Shown piece after piece: positions 50,321 through 58,636 of a stretch of DNA of 64,000 nt; the first letter of the stretch is position 1, and every line of letters begins with the position of its first letter. This stretch comes from a bacterium (lineage in GTDB: Bacteria > CLD3 > SB21), in NCBI GenBank assembly GCA_016787925.1, contig JAEUSK010000248.1, positions 26,908-90,907 of the forward strand, in the 5' to 3' direction. The notes beneath the pieces are model-generated. The model worked only from the letters and a program-made list of their open reading frames with translations. It was not told the DNA's origin and ran no database searches. A program made the position numbers and the translations under genes.

Positions 50321-50348
50321 CTGATTGAGATTTCGGAGGAATAAAAAT

Positions 50349-51089
50349 ATGAAAATTGTAATTTTGGTATTTGGTTTTGCAACGGCGCTTATTTTTACGC
50401 TTCTGGGCGAGGACGTCAAGTTCTTTCAAATCATGTCGGATGCCGGTTTGGTTAAATACTCTGAATCGGAATCCATTGAAAACCGGGCAGCTTTGCCTGC
50501 GGAAGGAAAAATCACCGGGAAAGTGTTTGTCAGCAAGTCCGGAGGGACTGCGGCCAGGTCTGCCAAGGGATTATATGGAAAAAGTTCCTCGCGGTTGACT
50601 AAGAGCGCCGGTATCGATCAGAGAGCCATTGTCTTTATCGTGAAAGCGCCCGGCAAATATCCGCTACCGCAAAGCAGGCCGGTGATGCGCCAGAAAAACA
50701 TAGCCATTGTGCCGCATGTTTTGCCTGTTTTACTTGGTACGACCGTTGACTTTCCGAACGAAGATGAGATTTATCACAATATTTTTTCACTTTCAGATAC
50801 TAAAACTTTTGACCTCGGCCGGTATTCCAAAGGAAAATCGAAATCGGTGACGTTTAACACATTAGGTACGGTCAAGGTTTTCTGCGATATTCATTCCCAG
50901 ATGGGCGGAGTTATTCTGGTGCTGCAAAATCCGTATTTTACCACTGTCGGCATTGACGGCAGCTATAGTATCAGCGGTGTTCCTCCGGGAAATTATGAAG
51001 TTGCCGCATGGCAGGAAAACGGGGGAAGCAAAATTCAAAAAATAACCGTTAGGAGCGGGGAACAGGTTGATCTTGATTTTTCATTCTGA
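50349..51089 (+). CDS. carboxypeptidase-regulatory-like (CarboxypepD_reg) domain protein, TM-anchored
   Basis: GGAGGA lies upstream. The N-terminus has a TM helix. The C-terminus GSYSISGVPPGNYEVAAWQENG is the typical Cna-B/CarboxypepD_reg motif. Confidence 0.5.
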   Translation: MKIVILVFGFATALIFTLLGEDVKFFQIMSDAGLVKYSESESIENRAALPAEGKITGKVFVSKSGGTAARSAKGLYGKSSSRLTKSAGIDQRAIVFIVKAPGKYPLPQSRPVMRQKNIAIVPHVLPVLLGTTVDFPNEDEIYHNIFSLSDTKTFDLGRYSKGKSKSVTFNTLGTVKVFCDIHSQMGGVILVLQNPYFTTVGIDGSYSISGVPPGNYEVAAWQENGGSKIQKITVRSGEQVDLDFSF

Positions 51090-51116
51090 CCATCTATATT
51101 CAAATATTATTGAGTT

Positions 51117-51148
51117 TAAGTCCCGTAAGGCATTACGGGACTTTTTTG
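51117..51148 (+). terminator. rho-independent terminator
   Basis: taagtcccgtaa-ggcat-tacgggactttttt. The stem sequence is nearly identical to that of the terminator at 46728. Confidence 0.7.
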
Positions 51149-51245
51149 TTAGTGCGTGCATAAAATCTTGCATGGCGCATTTTTAATTTGTAAATTGACC
51201 ACCGAAAAAAATCTGAACTAACGTTAATTTTAAAGAGGTATTTTC

Positions 51246-51761
51246 ATGAGAAAGCAATGGATTCTTTTATGTGCTTTATCGTTTCTCATTATGTGCGGGG
51301 CAGGTTGCGGCAAGAAAGAAACCGTTGACGAGTACTTTGCGCAGGCGGATAGTCTACGCGTGAAAGGAAAATTGACCGAAGCCGTCAAAAAACTAAGCGA
51401 AATTGCAGAGAAATTTCCGACGGACACTCTGAACGCAATTAAATCTCTGACGGTAATGGCCGACATTTACGGAGCCGATCTTAGGGATTTTACTAAGGCA
51501 ATTGAGATCCATAAGAAAATAATCGATTTGTATCCGGATTATCCGGTGACGGCAAAAAGTTTTATCATTATTGCAGTCACTTATGAAAACGAAATTAAAG
51601 ATATAGAAAAGGCGCGTCAAGCGTATGAGCAATTCCTGGAAAAATATCCGACTCATGAATTGGTACCGGGTGTCAAGGGCGCGCTGGACTTGCTCGGCGT
51701 TAGCGACGAAGATTTAGAAAAGATGATACTGGAAAAAAACAAGAGTATCCCCTTGAAGTAA
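51246..51761 (+). CDS. TPR-like repeat lipoprotein
   Basis: The lipobox is LIMCGAGCGKKE. A helical repeat segment reads AYEQFLEKYPTHELV. Confidence 0.55.
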   Translation: MRKQWILLCALSFLIMCGAGCGKKETVDEYFAQADSLRVKGKLTEAVKKLSEIAEKFPTDTLNAIKSLTVMADIYGADLRDFTKAIEIHKKIIDLYPDYPVTAKSFIIIAVTYENEIKDIEKARQAYEQFLEKYPTHELVPGVKGALDLLGVSDEDLEKMILEKNKSIPLK

Positions 51762-51791
51762 GTTCAACTCAAAAAGAAAGAGTTTATTGCT

Positions 51792-53231
51792 TTGTCAAAA
51801 AGTAGTTTTTTTGAAACCCGCGCTAAAATAATCTGCACCATTGGCCCTGCTTCCAGTAATTATGAAACGATATTAAGAATGATCGCAGCCGGCATGGACA
51901 TTGCCCGGCTCAATTTCTCTCACGGAACCCACGACGCGCATCACATGGTTATACGTAATATCAGGGAAGCCGCAAAGAAATCAGGTAAACACGTTGCCAT
52001 TTTACAGGACCTGCAAGGCCCAAAGATTCGAGTCGGAACATTTAAGGACGGTTCGGTTGATCTGATTAATGGAAAAACATTTACGCTCACAAGCCGTGAA
52101 GTGGAAGGCAGTGAACATATTGTGTCCACAACGTATCACGCCTTGTCTCATGACGTGAAGATCGGGGACGAATTACTGATTGATGACGGCCTGTTGAAGG
52201 TTGTAGTAGTCAAGAAAACAAGTGAAGACGTCGTATGCGAAGTTGTAAACGGCGGGAAAATAAAGAATAATAAGGGGATCAATTTACCCGGTGTCAATGT
52301 CAGTGCGCCTTCATTAACCGAAAAAGATACGGAAGATTTACTGTTTGGCCTTCAAAACGAAGTGGACTATGTAGCGCTTTCCTTTGTTCGTAAACCGGAA
52401 GACATTCTGCACGTTAAGGAAATCATTCGATCCAATCAGAAAGACACTCCGGTTATTGCAAAGATCGAGAAACCTGAAGCGCTGAAGTGTATTGACCGCA
52501 TCATTGCCATAAGCGACGGCATCATGGTAGCGCGGGGCGACCTTGGAGTGGAGATGAAAACGGAAGAAGTTCCGCCAATTCAGAAACGTCTGATCGGTTT
52601 ATGTAATAAAGCAGGCGTGCCGGTCATTACCGCAACACAGATGCTCGATTCAATGGTGCAAAATCCACGTCCGACGCGAGCAGAAGCATCCGATGTTGCC
52701 AATGCTATTCTCGATGGAACTGACGCGGTTATGTTATCCGCGGAAACGGCATCCGGGAATTATCCTATCGAAACGATAACCGTGATGAAACGCATCATAA
52801 AGTTGATGGAAAAAGAAACGCCGGTGGATTACGTTCGCCGTCGCCGCCTTTCGAACGAACAAATGCTATTACAGGACGGCATTGCGGGTGTTTCCTGTAA
52901 TCTTGCCGAGATATTGAATGTAAATGCCATTGTCAGCATTACGCTAACCGGTGCGATGTCGCGGCTCATTGCCAAATACCGCCCGAAAATACCCATTATT
53001 GCGGTTACGCATAGTGAGAGGGTGTTGAGGCAGTTGAATCTGGTGTGGGGTGTTCAGGGGTTGATTCTTCCCGATCTGAAAAACAATATTGACGACAGCG
53101 TTAATGAAGTTAAGAAAGCTTTGCTCGAATCCGGATTCCTGAAGAAAGGAAATAGATTCGTCATTACCGCCGGCCTTCCATTTGGCTCGCGAGGCCCTAC
53201 CAATAGCGTGCGTGTCGAGGAAATGGACTAA
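51792..53231 (+). CDS. pyk: pyruvate kinase
   Basis: TKIICTIGPAS...ARLNFSHG...DLQGPKIR...MVARGDLG are canonical pyruvate kinase motifs. Confidence 0.9.
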   Translation: MSKSSFFETRAKIICTIGPASSNYETILRMIAAGMDIARLNFSHGTHDAHHMVIRNIREAAKKSGKHVAILQDLQGPKIRVGTFKDGSVDLINGKTFTLTSREVEGSEHIVSTTYHALSHDVKIGDELLIDDGLLKVVVVKKTSEDVVCEVVNGGKIKNNKGINLPGVNVSAPSLTEKDTEDLLFGLQNEVDYVALSFVRKPEDILHVKEIIRSNQKDTPVIAKIEKPEALKCIDRIIAISDGIMVARGDLGVEMKTEEVPPIQKRLIGLCNKAGVPVITATQMLDSMVQNPRPTRAEASDVANAILDGTDAVMLSAETASGNYPIETITVMKRIIKLMEKETPVDYVRRRRLSNEQMLLQDGIAGVSCNLAEILNVNAIVSITLTGAMSRLIAKYRPKIPIIAVTHSERVLRQLNLVWGVQGLILPDLKNNIDDSVNEVKKALLESGFLKKGNRFVITAGLPFGSRGPTNSVRVEEMD

Positions 53232-53234
53232 GGT

Positions 53235-54989
53235 TTACCTTACCACCGCAATCTTGCCCGTTTTCTTGAAGCCGCTTCCCGTAAATTGGTAAATATATAC
53301 ACCGCTTGGAACTAAATGCCCGTCTGTGTCTCTTCCGTCCCAGTATAATCCGCTGTTCCCATCATAAGGTCCTTCTCCGAATTCACCATAATTGATCTTT
53401 CGCAATAGCTTACCCGAGATCGTATACACCTTGAATTCGATCTTTGATGTTTTGCTCAATACGAACTTAAAATTCATTTTATCGCTACCAGACCTAAGAA
53501 CAAAAGGACTCGGGTAAAAATGGAAATTAGTGAGTGGATCAGGAGTGATTGCATTTTGTTTAATGGACAAGCTCAAATTGTAATTGTAATTATTACTGAG
53601 ATTCTTGTCGATTACTTTATTTACTGCCAGGAATAACAATGTATCTCCCGGCAGGAGATTATTAAGAGCAATAACGGATGAACCGCCATGGTTGATGAAA
53701 AAGTTTTTCCCAGTGGCTTTATTATATTCTATCGTGTAAACGTCGAAATAGCTGTTAGATTGAACTCCGTTAAAGGTGATCTCGCAATGAGTGGTATCCA
53801 GAACATAGAAGCTGTAATAGTTTGCCGCCAGCGTCGAAACACTGCGTTGGACAAGCGTATCCAGTATTTGGCGATTAGCTAATAGTTTTATCTTTGGATA
53901 GTTTACCGCTTCTGGGAAATAAGTGATACTGTCTGTTCGTCCGGCGGTGTAATAATTCCAAACGGCAAATTCCGAGAAATTCTTGGATAAATTTGAACTG
54001 GAATTGTCTTTGATCGCATCGTCGATGGACGTTATGGCATTTCGGGTTGGCATATATTCCCATGATTTCTTAATGACACCTCGTCCGTATTTTTTTTCAA
54101 TCATGTGATTCCAGTGCGCTGCCGAGTATCCGTCTGTCGCATCAAGTGAAATATGAGGACTGTTGAAATATCCTGGAAGGTATGCATAATAATCATTTAC
54201 ATAGTCATAAGTCACGTCTTCCATCCATGTCGATGAAAGTTCGTAATACCAAGCATCAGAGAAACGGAAGTTATAGCTAAATTGTATGGCATGAAAAAAT
54301 TCATGGCCGACCGTTACTCGTAAAGCATCATAACCGTGAGTGGCAAATCCTTCGATGTAATCATTTTCAATATAAATGGCGGACGTATAAGTGTCGGGAT
54401 TTGTCGAAATCTGTGTAACCGTCTCCGTATATCCGTACGTATCGTTTAAATCAAGAATAAATACTTCGTAATATCCGAAGGACGAAAAAGAAAGAGGCTC
54501 ACGGTAGCCCATGGTATCAACTTCCAGCCGATAAGAATGTTCCAACGCGGCTGCCGTCTCCTCGATCCAGTCAGGCAGGCTGTTCGCATTAAGATTTTCC
54601 GGGGGAACAGCGTCAGGACCTGTTACGTCATAATTTATACGAAAAGTTTTCGCCTGCCCATTTTTATTTATGAAGTTGTAGTTATAAACGGCCTGCATCG
54701 CTTGTTTTTCTAAGCGGATTCTCTTTTCCGGGCGGGTCTTTAGGTAATCCTGCACTTCAGCTGATATACCGAAAGCGCATTTAATGGGAATAACGGAACG
54801 GAAAGACTCCGGCAGTGTCTCACCTTTCAATATGTTTATCTTCAGATCCATTGCCTCGTCTTCAGTAATGGCTCCGGTTGCCAGTGCTTCATTAATCATA
54901 TGTAACGAGTTTCTGGTCTGATCTTTCTGCGCAAAAGCCGGATTGGCAAAAAACAATAATAAGGCTGTGATTACAAACAAATATCGCAT
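53235..54989 (-). CDS. secreted protein with HExxH metallopeptidase-like motif and T9SS (Por) C-terminal sorting domain
   Basis: The signal peptide is MRYLFVITALLLFFANPAFAQ. The zinc-binding-like motif is VGHEFFHAIQF. The C-terminal ~80 aa (KIEFKVYTISGKLLRKI...GLYWDGRDTDGHLVPSGVYIYQF...GKIAVVR) matches the Por secretion tail pattern. Confidence 0.75.
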   Translation of the reverse strand: MRYLFVITALLLFFANPAFAQKDQTRNSLHMINEALATGAITEDEAMDLKINILKGETLPESFRSVIPIKCAFGISAEVQDYLKTRPEKRIRLEKQAMQAVYNYNFINKNGQAKTFRINYDVTGPDAVPPENLNANSLPDWIEETAAALEHSYRLEVDTMGYREPLSFSSFGYYEVFILDLNDTYGYTETVTQISTNPDTYTSAIYIENDYIEGFATHGYDALRVTVGHEFFHAIQFSYNFRFSDAWYYELSSTWMEDVTYDYVNDYYAYLPGYFNSPHISLDATDGYSAAHWNHMIEKKYGRGVIKKSWEYMPTRNAITSIDDAIKDNSSSNLSKNFSEFAVWNYYTAGRTDSITYFPEAVNYPKIKLLANRQILDTLVQRSVSTLAANYYSFYVLDTTHCEITFNGVQSNSYFDVYTIEYNKATGKNFFINHGGSSVIALNNLLPGDTLLFLAVNKVIDKNLSNNYNYNLSLSIKQNAITPDPLTNFHFYPSPFVLRSGSDKMNFKFVLSKTSKIEFKVYTISGKLLRKINYGEFGEGPYDGNSGLYWDGRDTDGHLVPSGVYIYQFTGSGFKKTGKIAVVR

Positions 54990-56350
54990 TAATGTCGATC
55001 CTTACTTTTTTTACGAAAGGTGAGGGATAGGGGAACGCCTTCAAAACCGAACTGTTCCCGCATTTGTTTTTCCAGATACTGCCGATAATTTGCCGGTATG
55101 AGTTCCGGCGCGTTAGAAAAGAAAGCGAATACAGGCGGCCGGGATTTTACCTGAGTCACGTAATTAATTCTAAGATCTTTTCCCTGCACGGCTGGCGGAT
55201 GATTCTTCTCAATTGCTTTTTCCAGGAAGGCATTCAATGCCGACGTGGAAATGGTCCGGTTTCGCTCCTCAAACACCTTGTGGGCCAGCTCCAAAACCTT
55301 GACAACGCGCTGCTTGCCGGTGGCTGAAATAAAAATGTACGGCACATAGCCGGTCGATCCGAGCGATCGGGTCAGATATTTTTCAAAATCCAGATACGTT
55401 GTGCTCGACTTGTCCACGAGATCCCATTTGTTGACCGCGATCACAAGCCCCTTCTTCAATTGTCGCGCTTCTTCAAGCACATGAATATCCTGCATGGCCA
55501 AACCTTCAATAGAATCAATCAATAGTACGGCAACATCGCATTCCTGTATCGACTTGATAGTGCGTAATGTACTGTAAAATTCGAGATTCTCTTTGACTTT
55601 TGCCTTTTTTCGAAGTCCTGCAGTGTCGATCAATTTGAAGTGAATGCCGTTGTATTCAAAGTCGGTGTCGATCGAGTCGCGAGTGGTTCCAGGAATATCC
55701 GATACGATGTGCTTGTTCTTGCCGATCACGGCGTTAACATAGGAAGATTTGCCGACGTTGGGCTTGCCGATGATCGCTAACTTGATAATATTCTTTTCGT
55801 ATTCAATGTCTTCCACATTGCCGCGAAAACCGTCACCCAGTTCAGATAAAATATCATCCAGGAAGTCGCCTATGTTTCTGCTGTTCAGTGCGGAAATACT
55901 CTTAGGTTTTCCTAATCCAAGCTTGTAAAAATCTTTATTAGCAGCAACGTCTAAGTCAATAGTTTCATTGTCCGCTTTGTTGACGCAGAGTAGATGCTTT
56001 TTCTTGGCGCGTTTGATATTATCCGAAATTTGTAATTCGGTTGTCGTAAGCCCGGAAACGGCATCGACCAGCAATATGACTAAATCGGATTCTTCAATGG
56101 CAAATTGCGCCTGCTCTCGGATTGCCACGTTGATCGCGTCGCTCGCTTCAGGCATATATCCGCCGGTATCAATGAGAATAAATTGTTTCCCGTTCCAATC
56201 GGTGATCTCGTAGTGCCGGTCACGCGTGACGCCGGGTGTGCCGTGAACAATTGCGTCCTGGCGCCCTATGATTCGGTTGAATAAGGTTGATTTGCCGACG
56301 TTGGGACGTCCTACGATTGAGACAACCGGTATCCGGTTAATACGTTTCAT
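54989..56350 (-). CDS. der: ribosome-associated GTPase Der (EngA), tandem GTPase domains plus KH-like domain
   Basis: The two G-domains have P-loops GRPNVGKSTLFN and GKPNVGKSSYVN, with DTGG / DTAG and NKAD / NKWD motifs. Confidence 0.9.
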   Translation of the reverse strand: MKRINRIPVVSIVGRPNVGKSTLFNRIIGRQDAIVHGTPGVTRDRHYEITDWNGKQFILIDTGGYMPEASDAINVAIREQAQFAIEESDLVILLVDAVSGLTTTELQISDNIKRAKKKHLLCVNKADNETIDLDVAANKDFYKLGLGKPKSISALNSRNIGDFLDDILSELGDGFRGNVEDIEYEKNIIKLAIIGKPNVGKSSYVNAVIGKNKHIVSDIPGTTRDSIDTDFEYNGIHFKLIDTAGLRKKAKVKENLEFYSTLRTIKSIQECDVAVLLIDSIEGLAMQDIHVLEEARQLKKGLVIAVNKWDLVDKSSTTYLDFEKYLTRSLGSTGYVPYIFISATGKQRVVKVLELAHKVFEERNRTISTSALNAFLEKAIEKNHPPAVQGKDLRINYVTQVKSRPPVFAFFSNAPELIPANYRQYLEKQMREQFGFEGVPLSLTFRKKSKDRH

Positions 56351-56453
56351 TTATTTGCAGCAATAATAGTATTGAATTTATGCGTCGAATTAAATATGAT
56401 AGTCATTATTCGGTATTGATTCAAGTCCAAACTTCCGGTTCAGAGCACAATTC

Positions 56454-58319
56454 ATGATGGTTTTCAAGGAAATAGAGCTATTCAACATTCGCCAATTTGA
56501 ACACAGACTTATGAATTTCAAAACAGGATTCAATCTGATCGCAATGGGTCCTGCACAAGGGAAGTCCACTTTGACTGAGTCATTACGAACGGCTTTGTCA
56601 ATTTCAGAGCTAAACCCGCCTGATTATTTCAGAGAAGGAACATCCGATTCTGCAGTCAGGTTAGTAGCAGTAATTAATCACAAAGAATATTCTATCCGGA
56701 AAGAATGGACAGGGCAGAGAGTGAACCATCATACCGTCAGATCGGAAGACGGGAAACTGGCGTTTGACCTGACTGATTCGGCTCAAGTAATGAGGTGGTT
56801 ACTTCATTTTCTGAAACTTGCAGATAAAATGTTTGATGAAAGTATGGAAACCATGCCGGTGAATTTATTATCTCAGCGTTATCATACTATTTGTGGGATT
56901 ATGTTCCCGGATAATCATGATGAGAGCGCTTCACATTCTATCAGGCTTCACACTCTCCTGAATATTCATTTATACGATCATATCAATTTAGAATTGAATA
57001 ATATCCGCCAGATTGCTTCGGATTCGCTAAACGAATTTAAAATGAAAAGACAGGCGGCCATAATTGATCGGAAAATCGTCGAACGATTCGAAGAAGACCT
57101 CAGACAAACGGATAATCAAATCAAACAGCTTCTCGCGGTTATTGATCAAGTGTCGGCCAGTATACAGGCGGATGAGGCAGACCTTCGGCAGGCTGATAAG
57201 ATATACGAATTTATTGTGGCGAAGAAACATGAAATCGAAAAGATCGATTTTGAGTTGCGCAGCTACAATTCAATATTGAAAAATGATATAGGCCACGAAT
57301 TTACTGATGATGAAATTCGGGAAATTGAAAAGAAAAAGAAAATGTATGAACAAATATCATTACGGGAAGAGTCCCTCCACAAGAAAATTGTTGAGCGGGG
57401 GCACCTGGAACGGAATTTGAACGGCATTCTCAAAGAAATTAGTCAATATCAAATTTCTCAGACGGCATCGGATACCGGAGTCGGCAAAACAAAGTTGGAT
57501 GCATACACGTCAGAAGTAAATAGAATTCGCGAAACGCTTAAATCCTATTCAAGTCTTGATCAGGACATGGAGGCTGCCAAGCGCGACAAAAACCTGTATC
57601 AATCATCTCATGACAAACATCTCGTAATCGGCAAACTCAAACAATTCGTGTCGCAAAACGAACAAAAGAAGGTCAAATCTCTGATTGAAAAACTCGAACA
57701 GGATCGTGACATTATCGTCAAAGAACTTGAGCAAATGCAATCGACGGTGCATGAAGATCGTTATCGGGATCTTTTTAGCAAAGTCCAGCAGTTCAGACAG
57801 CAGATAGTTGAACTGCAGAAGCGAATTGAACTTTTATACGATAAGAGATTGGAAACATTGCGAAACTTCGAAGAAAACCTCAGCGCCGAACCGGATCTTA
57901 TGGCCATGGAAAGCAAGTTCCGTCGACAGGTTCATCTGAAAAAATATCTCTCGGTGATAACCGAAGTCGCGCAGTTTCTTCAGGAGGATTTGCGGGCATC
58001 ACGTCGCGCGGAATTTCGACAGCATATTCTCAGACACGGTCCCATATTACCTGACTTTTTTGTTCAGCTGGTTGAGTATGTTCTTCAGTTTCAGGACAAG
58101 AGTTTTCTCCAAGCGCAATTTAAACGTTATTCGCATTCACAGATTGCCGAATTTAATTTGATCTTCCGTTTGCTCTGCATTGATTATGCAACGCACCATT
58201 CCGAAGCCGTATTAGATGAACACTATCGTTGGCTATTGGACCCGGTGCAAATGTCGAGAATTGACACGGTGCTTCAACATTTAAATTTCGGACAGTGCAT
58301 TGCTTTTGATAAAGCCTAA
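56454..58319 (+). CDS. SMC/RecN/SbcC-like ABC-type ATPase with long coiled coil and degenerate C-terminal motifs
   Basis: The N-terminal head FKEIELFNIRQFEHRLMNFKTGFNLIAMGPAQGKSTL carries a Walker A and SMC_N beta-strands (VRLVAVINHKEYSIRKEW). The central ~350 aa are charged heptad-rich coiled coil. The C-terminus AVLDE..LLDPV is Walker B/D-loop-like, but no clear LSGGQ signature is present. Confidence 0.55.
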   Translation: MMVFKEIELFNIRQFEHRLMNFKTGFNLIAMGPAQGKSTLTESLRTALSISELNPPDYFREGTSDSAVRLVAVINHKEYSIRKEWTGQRVNHHTVRSEDGKLAFDLTDSAQVMRWLLHFLKLADKMFDESMETMPVNLLSQRYHTICGIMFPDNHDESASHSIRLHTLLNIHLYDHINLELNNIRQIASDSLNEFKMKRQAAIIDRKIVERFEEDLRQTDNQIKQLLAVIDQVSASIQADEADLRQADKIYEFIVAKKHEIEKIDFELRSYNSILKNDIGHEFTDDEIREIEKKKKMYEQISLREESLHKKIVERGHLERNLNGILKEISQYQISQTASDTGVGKTKLDAYTSEVNRIRETLKSYSSLDQDMEAAKRDKNLYQSSHDKHLVIGKLKQFVSQNEQKKVKSLIEKLEQDRDIIVKELEQMQSTVHEDRYRDLFSKVQQFRQQIVELQKRIELLYDKRLETLRNFEENLSAEPDLMAMESKFRRQVHLKKYLSVITEVAQFLQEDLRASRRAEFRQHILRHGPILPDFFVQLVEYVLQFQDKSFLQAQFKRYSHSQIAEFNLIFRLLCIDYATHHSEAVLDEHYRWLLDPVQMSRIDTVLQHLNFGQCIAFDKA

Positions 58320-58609
58320 TACTCAAGATCGGCCACAATCAGATCCTCTCGTATCGGCTGGATCTTTTCTTCTATAACCTTCCGATGTTCCGGATGATCT
58401 ACGTATATTTTAAGGTCTTCCTTATTTCTGAAACGGCTCACCAGCATAACGCCAAAATCTTTATTGCGATCAGAAAAATTGATGCCTGCGTGCATGTCGA
58501 TCAATTCAGGGATTTTATTCTTCAATCCGTTTAGAGACTCCGTCATGGCTTTAACTTTATCTGCCGGTGTGTTTTTTTTGATTTTAAAAATGACAACGTG
58601 TTCTACCAT
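58316..58609 (-). CDS. Dabb (stress-responsive alpha/beta-barrel) family protein
   Basis: The 97-aa product MVEHVVIFKIKKNTPADKVKAMTESLNGLKNKIPELIDMHAGINF matches the Dabb fold pattern. Confidence 0.65.
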   Translation of the reverse strand: MVEHVVIFKIKKNTPADKVKAMTESLNGLKNKIPELIDMHAGINFSDRNKDFGVMLVSRFRNKEDLKIYVDHPEHRKVIEEKIQPIREDLIVADLEY

Positions 58610-58636
58610 AGTTTTCCCTAAATATGAGAATGAAAA

